64,000 nucleotides of DNA from assembly GCF_006345805.1 (NCBI RefSeq), contig NC_042997.1, positions 201,252,001 to 201,316,000 of the forward strand. The letters run 5' to 3'. Below are positions 11,981 through 24,149 of the stretch, one piece after another. This DNA is from Octopus sinensis. Lineage: Eukaryota. The notes beneath the pieces were generated by a model that did no database searches, was not told the origin of the DNA, and saw only the letters and a program-made list of their open reading frames with translations. The translations under genes were made by a program, and so were the position numbers. Within the stretch, counting starts at the first letter, position 1. Each line of letters begins with the position of its first letter.

Positions 11981-14900
11981 TGGGTTTTTCTTCTTCTTTC
12001 AAATTCGCTTCCATTTCTTGTCGAGTGTCTTCCCGACTCCTAGGGCAAAGAAACTCATAGTATACATTGGTAGGCCATTAAACTAAACTCACTAGTTCGT
12101 TCATTATTATTATTTTTTTATAGAAATAAAGTTAAATTAAAATACATGGGTAGTAATAGCTCTCACATCGACAATGCTCTTTTCAATACGTGTGATGTAC
12201 CAGTTAAGACAATCTTTTTCACTTCTTGCAGGGATGGTAAGCCAGGGATCATTCTCATATAATTTTCGGTTCCCTTCTTGATCATTCCTAGTGCTCCTAC
12301 GATCACTGGTATTGTAACCGCCTTGAGATGCCACATTTTCTCAATTTCAATGAGCAGGTCTTTATATTTTCTGAGCTTGTCAAATTCTTTCGCCGAGATA
12401 CTATGATCACAGAGAATGCTCATGTCGATCAATAAGCAAACTGTATTGTTTTAGTCTTTCACAACAATATCCGGTTTAGGCTTTTATGGTTTGGTCTGTA
12501 TGTACTGGAAAGTCCCACAGAATCAATACATTTTCTCCTTCAGTTACAGCCTCAGGGTGGTGATTATACCACTTGTCGACAGTTTTGATATTGTAATGCC
12601 GACTTATTAGCCAGTGGAGATATTGGCCAACTCTGTCATGTCTTAATTTATACTCCACTGGTGCTAAGATTAGGTGGTCCACTGTTTCAATCATGTCGTT
12701 GCAGAATCGGCATTTTGGGTCTGCTCCATTTTTCATCACATTGGCCTGGTAGTTCCGGGTTAATAGGCTTTGATCTTGAGCAGCCAGGATGAAACCTTCG
12801 CTCTCTGCTTTTAGCCCTGAGCTCCCTGAGCAAACACTGATGGGTTTGCTTCTGGTCAACATCAGCTTGTTTGCTACGGGCCACATATTTGCCGTGCTGA
12901 GGTTTCTCCTCCCACCTATCAGCCAATTGCTAGTGCGCTTTTTTCGTTGCCATTATTTTCACCTTCTTTGCAACCATAGTTGCCATACTTCCCTCGGGTT
13001 GTTCAGTTTGGGTATCCTGCACGAGATCAATAGCAAATTTTTTGCATTCCTTTATAATAGAATGAAGCTGCCTTCGTCTCTCATGATTTTCCACGAGCTT
13101 TAGCATCCAGTCATTCGTTATTTCAAGATATTTGGCCAGTCCAATTGTGGTTGTTTTGTAAGCTAGTTCAAATTGGATCAGGCCTCGACCTCCTTGGGCT
13201 CAGGGGAGGTAAAGGCGATCTACGTCTGCCTTTGAGTGGTGCATCCTATTACAACTCAGCAGCTTGCGTATTTTCCTATCTATATTCTTTACTTCACTCA
13301 TATTCCAGTTCAACTCATTGTAGCTATAAGTAACAACTGGAACTTCTAAGGAATTTATAGCTAACACCTTGTTACGTGCATTTAGTTCAGATTTCAGGAC
13401 TGCTCGAACTCTCCTATAACATTCCTTCCTGATCTTCTCTTTCATGCTTGCATGCTGAATACCAGAGCCTTCATTTATCCCTAAACATTTGTAGGTTTGT
13501 TCTTGCTCAAGCTCTCTTATGACTGTGCCAACATCTAACACGACTGAATTTGTGGTCTTCACTTTCCCTTTCTGGAAAGTGGCCTTGGCACACTTCTCAA
13601 GCCCAAACTCCATCCCGATGTCATCATTGAATGCTTTCACAGTGCGCAATAGGCCTTCAAGTTCATTATCGTCTTTACCATAGAGTTTTAAGTTATCCAT
13701 ATAAAATAAATGGCTTATTTTTTTATCGACAATTTATACCCATACCCTGTTCTGTTTAATTCACTTGTAAGGGGTATTCGGGCTATGCAGAATATTAAAG
13801 ATGAAAGTGAGTCACCTTGAAAAATGCCACAGTTGATGTTTATATTCTCTGATGTAAGTACTCCATTAGAGTGGTATAATTGGAAATTCGTATTCCACGA
13901 CATATTATGCTTCAGGAAGCTTGAAATCACAGGGGAAATTTTGAAGATGTCCAGCGATTTCAAGATCCATGAATGCGGTATACTGTCGAAGGCCTTTTTA
14001 TAGTCAATCCATGCGGAGCTGAGATTTCTGCGCTTGTTGTGACAGTTCTCAAGGATCATACGATTAATTAGCAGTTGATCTTTGCATCCGTATGAGCCTC
14101 GGCGGCACCCTTTTTGTTCAATGGGGAAAATATCGTTCTTCTCCATGAATGCATATGTTTTCTCCGCCAGGTTAGATGTTAGGATTTTATACGTGGTGGA
14201 TAAACAGGTTATAGGCCGATAGTTTTTTGGAAGTTTGGTTTCGTTATTCTTTGGGAGTAGGTAAGTAATACCACTTGCTAACCATTCAAGTGTTTTCTTT
14301 GGGTCTCTCATAATTCCATTGAGCAGCTGAACTAGCTTACCGTGTGCGCATGGGAGCAATGAGAGCCAGAAATTCGGCACCCTATCTTTACCGGGGGATT
14401 TCCAATTATGGGCCTTCGTGAGTGCCTTTCTTAGGTCTGCTATTGTGATGTCTTCCCATGCTTGTTGTTGTAAATTTTGGTAGGATCCTTCTGTTTGTAT
14501 AATCCAGTCTGCATTTATGTTGTACGTCTTCTTGTCACTCCAAATCCTTTTCCAAAAGTTTTGAACTTCTTCCATGGGAGGGGGGTCTTTAACGGTTACT
14601 TTCTCCTTCTCTATTTCTCTGTAGAATTTTTTGGCATTGGATGTGAACAGTTTATTTTGCTTGTAAAACTTGTTTCTCTTCTTAAATCTTCGTATTCTTT
14701 GAGCTTTTGCTTGGACTTTTTGTTTCAGCGTTTCTTTTATTGATATCAGTTCTTCTCTTGGTGAGGATCCAGATTTTCTCTTCATCTTTCTTCCTGTTCT
14801 GGATCTTACATCATTTCCACATATTAGTTCATTTAATATTGATATTTCCCCTCTCATAAATTCAATCTCTTTTTCAATTTTACTTCTCCGGGTTTGATTT

Positions 14901-15870
14901 CTTCCAAGGTTTAGTTTTCTTTGTTTTTTCGGGGGCATACAGCTGATTTCAATTGCCCTAACAGAAGCGTAAATAATTTCATTTAACTCAGTAAAATCAG
15001 GTTTTAATTCTTGTATTATTTCATTTGTTACATAGTTGCCAATTTTGATTTGTTTTTTATTTTGGTTTGTATTTGAAAGTTTATGAAGTGGTTCTCTATC
15101 AAGCGTATTCAGGATTTTCTGCCTCATTTCTGCCATAGACTCTCTGTGTTCTTCAGCAAATGCGATATCTTGAGTTACTGTTGTTTTATCATTTTCCTGA
15201 CTATCTTTAACAGGTTCAATAGAATTTCTTGTATCTTCAGGCCTTTGCGTGCTTTGGTCAGATGGCAGTCTTTCAATTAAGCCTCGTGGCGGGCTATTCT
15301 GTTCATCTGATTCTTCATTTCCTTTGTGTCTTATATTTATGTCATTTTCCGTTGCGTGCTTGATCGCGCTTATTTCACTGTCTGTGAGTCTATATGTTCT
15401 CCATATACTGTAAGAGTTTGCGGTGTGTCTCTCTTGAGATGGCCTACCTAATGCATAGTAATAAGCGTATATTACTTCGTTATACTCTTCTCGGGTCCAT
15501 TTGTTCCGCTTACATTTTTCTTTCTGTGGTGGTGAACTTGGAGGGCTCGAGTTGGGGAATTTCCCGTTCAAGTGACCATCCATGTCCGTATTCGGAGAAG
15601 AGTTTGTGCCAGTTGATGACTTTTCAATCCCAGGCTGGCTCTTCCCTGGGGGACGCGCTTCCAGATTAACCATAGGACAAGCGATTTGGTATACTGATTT
15701 AGTTTTCCTTTTAGTTTCCAAAAACATTTTGGTGCTACGATAATGTTATCATTTTTGAGCTCTGAGTGGCTCGCGGGGAGACGGCCATCATTGCCGTTAC
15801 AATTATAATCGTACCATTATAGCAGCCGTAGCCGGCCTGTGGTCACTCCTTGTAGTCATGGCAACAGTGT
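11981..15870 (-). mobile_element. Near full-length R4/Dong-clade non-LTR retrotransposon (family X), about 3.9 kb
   Basis: Single ORF region, 5' and 3' UTRs, (TAA)4 upstream and a long (TAA)n tract downstream in element sense. Confidence 0.9.
12163..15727 (-). pseudogene. R4/Dong ORF: Myb-like N-terminus, RT, CCHC-like finger and restriction-like endonuclease; frameshifted
   Basis: KWTREEY, YRPITCL, QKGCRRG, WIDYKKAFDS, GIFQGDSLS, FYMDNLKLY (catalytic D to N), CRFC...HL, RHD, WDF, KPDI, LID...KL.KYKDL; split over at least 4 ORF segments. Confidence 0.9.
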
Positions 15871-16135
15871 ATTATTATTATTAATATTTAGAGGAAGGAG
15901 AGGGCAGGTTGGCAGTAGATAGGCAGGATGGCAGTCATACAGTTAGATATCGTTAGTCTATAAATAGACTCAATAGGAGTAGGCGAGGGGTGAAAGAGTG
16001 ATTGTACCCATGTGGTCCAGCAAAGGAGCGGTCAGCAGAGGTAAAATACGTGTTTGCTACCAACTCACCTTGTGCGTTTTAATTACCGATAGAAAGACAG
16101 AAATAAAATACACACACTCACACTCACATATATAG

Positions 16136-16990
16136 AATTTCTATATATATAAATTGCTTAAATTAGTATCCGGCGGCGTTTAAGAGTGTTCTTGTAGAAA
16201 TTTCTGGGTTTTTTTCATATTTGGCTATTCGCAATACAATGTATATATTAAAGTTGATCGTTTGTGTGTGTTTAGCAATTAAAATTTTTTTTCCATAAGA
16301 TTGTAGATATTAAAGTTTTTAAAGATGATCATTTGTGTGTTCGTCCAGGGAAAACTGAATATAATCAAGTTTTTAAGCCTGTAAATTGTTTAAGTAAAGG
16401 TAGCCAGAGGCGTTTAAGAGTGTTCTTGCAGAGAAATCTTTTTACATATTTGGCTATTCACAGTACAGTGTAGATATTAAAGTTCTTAAAGATGATCATT
16501 TGTGTGTTTACGGAAAGTTTTACTTTTCACATAATATTGTAGATATTAATGTTTTTAAAGATAATCGTTTGTGTGTCCGTCCAGAGAATACTGTAGATAG
16601 TCAAGTTTTTAAAGTTATCTAGAATGAGATTTTAAATACTCACAGGGGATTATAGATACTTCAGTTTTCAAAAAATGTTTTTTGGTTGTAATAGAATGTC
16701 TGTGTATATATATATAATTTCTATATATATAAATTGCTTAAGTTGGATAACCGGAGGCGTCTAAGAGTGTTCTTGCAGAGAAAAAAGGGATGTTTACATA
16801 TTTGGCTAGTCAGAGAGAAAAGAAGAGTTTTGGGTATTCATAGGAAATTGTAGATATTAGAGTTTTTAAAGATGATTGTTTATGTGTTCGTCCAGAGAAA
16901 ATTGTAGATAATCAAATTTTTAAAGCTAATTAGAATGAGATTTTAGGTACTCACGGAAAATTTTAGATATTCCAGTTTTTAAAAGTTGTT
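16136..16990. repeat. Degenerate tandem repeat, 3 units with internal sub-repeats
   Basis: ggcgt(t/c)taagagtgttcttg at about 16175, 16409 and 16756; recurring gtagatattaaagtttttaaagatgat. Confidence 0.7.
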
Positions 16991-17086
16991 TTTCAGTTGT
17001 AGTAGAATTCCTGTGTCTTCAGCTGCTGACTTATCAGAGCAGCGAAAGACACGTCCAGCTGCTACCAGGGCAGGCTATTATGCTGC

Positions 17087-17087
<1 letters not shown>

Positions 17088-17117
<30 letters not shown>

Positions 17118-17145
17118 GTCATCGTCGTCGTCGTCGTCGTCGTCT

Positions 17146-17180
<35 letters not shown>

Positions 17181-17263
17181 CGTCTTCGTCGTCGTCGTCG
17201 TCGTCGTCTTCGTCGTCGTCGTCGTCGTCGTCTTCGTCGTCGTCGTCGTCGTCATTATTATTA

Positions 17264-17303
<40 letters not shown>
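17088..17303. repeat. Compound (CAT)n(CGT)n(TAT)n microsatellite
   Basis: Seen directly. Confidence 0.95.
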
Positions 17304-17305
<2 letters not shown>

Positions 17306-18345
17306 TTCTCACAGGTTTTGTTGGAGCTCCTTGAGTCTTGCATGTGTAGCCTGCTTATAACCTGCAGCCTACGGTTCGTTCTTTTCAGTTATCTAATACT
17401 TTCCTGATTCTTCTGGCCATGCCAGGGAGGTAAGCCTTTTGAAACAGTTCTACTGGGCACTCTATTCTGATTTCTTTCATATTCCTCTTGATGCCTTCTG
17501 ATACTGTCCCCAAGGACCCAACAATAACTGACACTATCTCCCCCTTCTTCATTTTCCATAGCCAGGCTACTTCGTACTTAAGAGGGTTGTATCCATCGAT
17601 CTTTTCACCTTCCTTCTTGACTGTTCATGGGTCAAAAGGGCATGTAACATCAACTATATTGCATATGTGGTGCACCTTGTCCACCACCACTAGGTCCAGT
17701 CTGTTATGCTCTAACACCTGATCTGTTTGAATTCGAAAATCCCAAAGGATTTTGCTAGTTTTCAACTCTGTGACTCTCTGTGGTTTGTGCTCATACCATG
17801 TCTTGCCTCTCTCTATCCTCCACTTTTTGCGCAGTTTCCAATGTAGCGCTTTTGCTACCTGGTTGTGTCACCACAACTTGTAGTGGTAATGGGAAAGTCT
17901 AGGGCATTCATTCATGACATGGGCAATGGTTTCATCCACTCTATTGCAGAATCGATACAGCCGAGACAATTCCTAAGGTTGACCCTCCAGTTCGTGGCCA
18001 GAGCTTGGTCCTACGCTGCCAGTAAAGTGCTCTTGATCTGTCTTTTAGGGTTCCTTCCATCAACCAATCCCACCTATTTTTTCCAGAAACGTCTGTTGTG
18101 GCTACATGGAATTCATTGTGTAGTCCCTTGTTGCATAATTCTTATTCATTTGTATTCCCTTTTTTCTGCTCTCAATACTCCTTCATTCCCAAATGTCACT
18201 AGCAAGGTTTCCTTACTTTGTGCTAGGTATTTCGTTAAGCTCTCGACTTCAATACGCATGCAGTTTTCCACACTTATCAGTTCCCTTCCTCTATTTGCTC
18301 TGAAAATTGACATAAATGTTCACAAAGGTAACGACACAAGAAGAT
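17304..18345 (-). mobile_element. 5'-truncated R4/Dong-like family Z (zinc finger plus RLE) with (TAA)n tail
   Basis: CRFCNRVDETIAHVMNECP, HNQVAKALHW, ILWDFRIQTD, NRLDLVVVDK, IVDVTCPFD...KIDGY; stops present. Confidence 0.85.
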
Positions 18346-18439
18346 AATATATTATCTAATAAATACAAAATAGTTATAGAACTGAACAATATTTCGATAG
18401 TATGTCTGTCTTCATCAGGCTAAAAATGAAAAAATGCAG

Positions 18440-19540
18440 AAATACAGAAATTAAAAATTTGAATAGGAATTCTAAGTGTTCCTTTCTAGACAGAATGACA
18501 TCAACTTTCACTTTTTTATAACTGGTAATAAGGAATTCAAGATAAAATCTTGCGAGAATTTTTCTTAACAAAAAGCAATAAATCAAGGGAGATGACTCTT
18601 GGATCTAACCCCTTTGGATTTAACTTTTGAAAAAAGCTATTTGATGTTGCAATGGGGAACTGTGACAGTGGGTGCAGAGGCAGGGGATCTTGTAAGCTTT
18701 AGTATCCTAAATATCCGTAGAAAAAATATGAAAGAATCCAACATAGGATTATATAGGGATGATGGCCTGGGAGTGGTATACAGTAAAAACGGACATATTA
18801 CAGATAGGATAAGGAAGAGATATGCAAAATATTTAGCCAGTTACATCTAAGAACCACAATTAGTACTAACCATAAAGTCAATTTTCTAGATATTAACATG
18901 AACCCTAACACAGGCAATTTTAAGTCTTAACATAAACCAAATGAGGAAGCCTCGTACATAGACATATGCTCCAACCACCCACCATTAATCATTAAACAAT
19001 TAGTTAATAACATTAGCAAGCACATCTCCAATCTATCCACCAGTAAAGCCACTTTTGCAAAGGTCTCCCCATACTATAATGCTGCATTAGAAAGGTCCAG
19101 CTTTAAGAATAGTATAAACTATATTGAACCAAATGTAGATAACCCAAGAATCATAAAATTTAATGGTTCAACTCATCTTATAGCATGAATGTAGCCACTA
19201 AAATAGGTAGGAAATTCTTTAAATTAATTGACAATTACTACCCACACTCACACGTATATCATATCTTCAATAGAAACACCGTAAACGTAAATTATAGTTG
19301 CCACTCCAATATAGAGTCAATAATACTCAATTACAATATCTCCACTTTGAATACCCCCAAAAGACACTGTAGCTGTAGATCTCCGAACTACTGTCCACTA
19401 AATAATAGCTGTCTGGAAAAAGAATTGTATACAAGGCCAAAATCATGGACTCCAACAATGGAGTAACAAAGACATACAATGGAATGACGGGCAACTCATT
19501 CAAGGAAAAATACACACAGCATCCAGCGTCATTCAGTTTA
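18440..19540 (+). pseudogene. Penelope-like element remnant (RT C-terminus plus start of GIY-YIG)
   Basis: FDVAMG, IGLYRDDGLG, NFLDI, SNHPP, KIGRKF...IFNRNTVNVNYSC, CSCRSPNYCPLNNSCL. Confidence 0.8.
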
Positions 19541-19584
19541 CACTACCTTGGTTTTTTATCTCATTACGAAACAAATTTTATATT

Positions 19585-19663
19585 TATATGTATATGTATA
19601 TATATATATGCATATATATATATGTATATATATAAATATCTCTCTATATATATATGTATATTC

Positions 19664-19745
<82 letters not shown>
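19585..19745. repeat. (TA)n(TG)n(TCTG)n microsatellite
   Basis: Seen directly. Confidence 0.9.
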
Positions 19746-20480
19746 GTTCATATATCTCATACATGTAATTAAATTGCCATACAATGTTATATATCTAAAT
19801 ATTGACATAATCATAACCACATGAACACACATAGCTTTATAAATGATATTTTCTCCAATTTCCTCAAAACTACTTCTAGTAATCAACTTTAAAAAAAATC
19901 AAATGCTGCCTTTATTATTTTTATTCATTTACTTTTTCAAAAAATGCTTTGTTGTCATCTCACCAAACGCAATATCGTTTTGTTTATATCCATTTATATC
20001 TGTTTATATCTGTTGTTATCGATATAAATATACCAAGGATTCATGAAGAAGTGACAAACCTTGTTCAACAGTAACGCGGCAGTTGCCAGAGGATACAAAC
20101 ATAGAAACAAAAACCAAAAAAAAAACCCCCAAAAACAAACGGTGTCATACAAATGAACAGAGGACATGAAACTATGGAGGAGATTAGTATAATGATATTC
20201 CATGCACTTGATATGATAACGTTGGGCAACATGATGATGTATCTATTTTTTACATCTTCAAGGCTTCATATTTTAGCTTGTTTATAACGTTCGTATAAAT
20301 AATAATGATTTCTTTTGATCTAAAACTTTTGGTTATATTTAAAAGAATTATCTGGCCTTTATTTATTTATATATTTATTTTATTTATTTGTTTGCTTGTT
20401 TGTTTGTTTGTTTGTTTTCTTTCTTTCCGTATTTGAAAATCTATGTAACATGATACAGTGATTTTATCAGTATGGCACGG

Positions 20481-20810
20481 CTCTCTGTCAGTTATGACAA
20501 ACAAGTTTTGCAGTTAATTTGATGATCAATGGAACAGCCTGCTAGTGAAATTAATATATAAGTGGCTGAGTACTCCACAGACATGCATAACCTTAAGATA
20601 AATCTCAGGGAGATTCAGCATGACACTGTGAATGTGACAAGGCCGGTCCCTTTGAATTACAAAGTACTCCTCATTTTTGCCAGTGGAGTGGACTGGAGCA
20701 ATAAAATCAAAGTATCTTGCAAATGGACAAAATGTGCTGCTATGAATCGAACTCTTGATCTTGTGGTCATTAGATGAATGCCTTAACCACTAAGCCAAGC
20801 ACCTTCATGT
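20481..20810 (-). mobile_element. SINE family B' (old copy)
   Basis: Aligns with 39893-40233 and 51612-51935. Confidence 0.75.
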
Positions 20811-21157
20811 TATCAATATAAAGACCGTTAAAGATCAAGGACACATTGCAAGACTAACGCCTTTGTCCTGGGGTTCAATTTTCAGTATCTCTTCTGGATC
20901 TTTTGAATATTTTGAAGGTAACACCTGAGTTGGCACTGCTTCCCAATATTAGCCCAAGGTTTCTGTTGAAAACATCATCTGAGTATAGAGGGGACCCTTT
21001 GATACACGGGCAACTACAGGTCTTCTATAAAATCTTTGCTCGGGCTTGCACCTTGAAGGGGAATTAGGTAATTTCCAGTTGCAAAACCATTCTCTCACAA
21101 GACATGCACTGACCCTAATATGCGTTGCAACTCTATGAAATCTATGTTTTGAATATT

Positions 21158-21418
21158 TCATACTGCAAGCATACTGCAATCATACTGTGATCATACTGCA
21201 ATCATACTGCAATCACACTGCAATCATACTGTGATCATACTGCGATCATACTGCAATCATACTGTGATCATATTGTGATCATACTGCAATCATACTGCGA
21301 TCATACTGCGATAATACTGCAATTACACTGCAATCACATTGCAATCATGCAGCGATCATACTGCAATCATACTGCAATCATACTGCAATCATATTGCGAT
21401 CATACTGCAATCATACTT
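21158..21418. repeat. 11-bp minisatellite (ATCATACTGCA)n, about 23 units
   Basis: Seen directly, with variants such as ATCATACTGTG and ATCATACTGCG. Confidence 0.95.
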
Positions 21419-21798
21419 CAGCGCCAATAAGCGAACCTCTACATATTAGCTCATCCTGCTAGAAATGACAGCAAATCTCCCTCAAATCACAGTTTATCGC
21501 AGAAGGATGACATAGAGTATAACATATTCCTAGATATACTGTGCATTAACAAATGGTGGAATACTTACAGATGTTCTTACTTTGATCATTAGATCTGTTT
21601 GTTCTTGTCTGACCTGGGGTTAAATAAAATAGCAACTATTTCATGTGTCTTCCAAGGTAACCTTATTTTTCTAAAATCTTTCTTTCTCTCACTTTCTCAC
21701 TCTGATTCTGTCTGTCTGTCTTTTTGTCTGCCTGTCTATCTGCCTCTCACTCTCTCTCTCCCTCTCTCTCTCATTCTCTCTCTCTCCCCTCTCTTTCT

Positions 21799-22192
21799 AG
21801 GCACAGGAGTGGCTGTGGATAAGGAGCTTGCTTACCAACCACATGGTTCCGGGTTCATTCCCACTGCATGGCACCTTGGGCAAGTGTCTTCTACTGTAGC
21901 CTCAGGCAGACCAAAGCCTTATGGTTAGATTTGGGAGATGGAAACTGAAAGAAGCCCGTCGTATATATGTATGTGTGTGTGTGTGTCTGTGTTTGTTCCC
22001 CACCAACGTCGCTTGACATCCGACACTGGTATGTTTACATCCCTGTAACTTAGCAGTTCGGCAAAAAAAGAGACCGATAGAATAAGTACTAGGCTTACAA
22101 AGAATAAGTCCTGGGGTCAATTTGCTCGACTAAAAGGTGGTGCTCCAGCATGGCCGCAGTCAAATGACTGAAACAAGTAAAAGAATAAAAGA
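21799..22192 (+). mobile_element. SINE family A
   Basis: Aligns with 2695-3091. Confidence 0.85.
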
Positions 22193-22228
22193 ATATATAT
22201 GATGTAATTAACGAAGTTGAATGGTGTC

Positions 22229-22265
<37 letters not shown>

Positions 22266-22887
22266 TTTTTTTTTTACCAAGCCATCCAACTTTGTTAATT
22301 ACATCATTGATTTAATTAAATCACCTGGGAAACCATGATCAAACAGATCAATGATCAAAGGCATATAATCCATGATCGTCCCATCTTTTATTCATCTCTT
22401 ATTCCCTATTCCATTCTTTTATGATAAGGTGTGATTTGCAAATCTAAATATTTATTGATCAGCAACACCCACCCATCTCTAAAAATCTAAAATTTGTCTT
22501 TTATAATGAAATTATTATTACCATTTATTTTTCTTTTTGTAATTTCACTCTGTTTTTGTTTCATTATAATTTTTATCTATTTATGTATCTGTTTATTTAT
22601 TTATTTATTCACTTGAATTTTAATTTCTATCGAATAACTGATATCGATATCTGTTCAGAAACAACACCCAATCGTTCATTCAGTTATTTATTATTTTGTT
22701 TATTTATTTATTTATTTATTCATACAGATGACATCTTATGAACATCTTAACCTCATATCATGAATGATAAAACCAAAAAAACTAAATATAAAACAACAAC
22801 AAATGACTTGATCTTCTCTGGAAGAAAGGGAAACATTTTGCTTTTACCGATAAAACATCACATCGATATCAGTGATAAATAATAATA

Positions 22888-22894
22888 GCTTTTA

Positions 22895-22993
<99 letters not shown>

Positions 22994-23075
22994 GACTACT
23001 ACTACTACTATCACCACCACCACCACCACCACCACTAATGATGATGAGGAGGATGAGAATGGTGATGATGATGAT

Positions 23076-23127
<52 letters not shown>
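22888..23127. repeat. Compound (CTA)/(CTG)/(CCA)/(GAT)/(TAA) trinucleotide array
   Basis: Seen directly. Confidence 0.95.
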
Positions 23128-23129
<2 letters not shown>

Positions 23130-23380
23130 GAAATTCAAAAGATAGTGCCCATGGGAACTGCCCACATCCTACGTAAAATACTTTCTATGTAATCTCAAAT
23201 TTTAAAATAAACATAATTTTCTTATGGTTTCTTAAACATTCTCTAGAACAACACTATGTACAAAACCAAATATATGGTACCCTAGGCATAACACCAACTT
23301 GAATTTCTAACTTGTTGTCTCTTGTAGAATCTGGGTGAGACTTGGAGCCAACTTGTACAGATACAAAGCAAAAGTCAAAC

Positions 23381-23382
<2 letters not shown>
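23128..23382 (+). mobile_element. 3' tip of R4/Dong-like family W
   Basis: EIQKIVPMGTAHILRKILSM* plus a distinct 3' UTR; (TAA)n on both sides. Confidence 0.75.
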
Positions 23383-23479
<97 letters not shown>

Positions 23480-23596
23480 TGATAATAATGATGATAATAA
23501 TAATAATAACAAGAGCACTCAGAGAGTGCAAACCTCCACCAAGGCAACACCAACATCCTCTCAATGAGTAGCCAGAGATGATTTTTAAAATGAGTA

Positions 23597-23755
23597 GGTT
23601 TAACGAAAGCGCTCACACACCAGAAAAAAACTTCTTCTCCAAGAAGGTTAGTAACATCTTCATAACAGATCTTATAACATTTTTTTAAAAGATCCCCTTT
23701 ACATTTCAAAAAATTGTATAAAGTAATTCTCACAGACTTTCAAATATATATATAT

Positions 23756-23826
<71 letters not shown>

Positions 23827-23952
23827 TACTTTATGCAGTTTTTGAAATGTAAAGGGGATTTTTTTTTAAGGTTATAAGATTTGTTATGAGGATGTTACTA
23901 ACCTTTTTGGGGAAGAAGTTTTTTTCTGACATGTGAGTGCTTTCGTTAAACA
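23597..23952. repeat. Fold-back inverted repeat, about 130-bp arms around a TA/CA microsatellite
   Basis: 23597-23727 is the reverse complement of 23824-23952, with about 85-90% identity by eye. Confidence 0.85.
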
Positions 23953-24149
23953 TTTTGAAATACTTGCGCTCTTAAAGAGGAAGTTATTTTTGTGGTAGTG
24001 GTAGGATTATATTTAGTTTATTTTCGGTCTGATGGTTTTAGTCATGAATATCCTTTTATCAACGTTTATTGTTTAGAGTGTTGACTATTTTTGGTTTAAT
24101 TTCGAATTTAGAATTCTTATAAAGTAGTCTTCTTTTGCCTTCCATAATT

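Noticed and set aside
15755-15850. HDV-like ribozyme in the R4 5' UTR (GUC-UCCCCGC-GAG resembles P3/L3; GAGUG could pair with CACUC as P1)
   Set aside because: Only 5 of 7 P1 pairs, a P3 mismatch, incomplete P1.1 and no downstream P2 partner; worth retesting only on a family consensus.
17865-18347. 160-aa plus-strand ORF
   Set aside because: Antisense to the R4-like endonuclease remnant.
18385-18425. Minus-strand CUGAUGA...GAAA beside the Penelope fragment
   Set aside because: Stems I-III pair poorly; at best a decayed relic.
21158-21418. CRISPR-like regular repeat
   Set aside because: No spacers, 11-bp unit, eukaryotic context and no cas genes.
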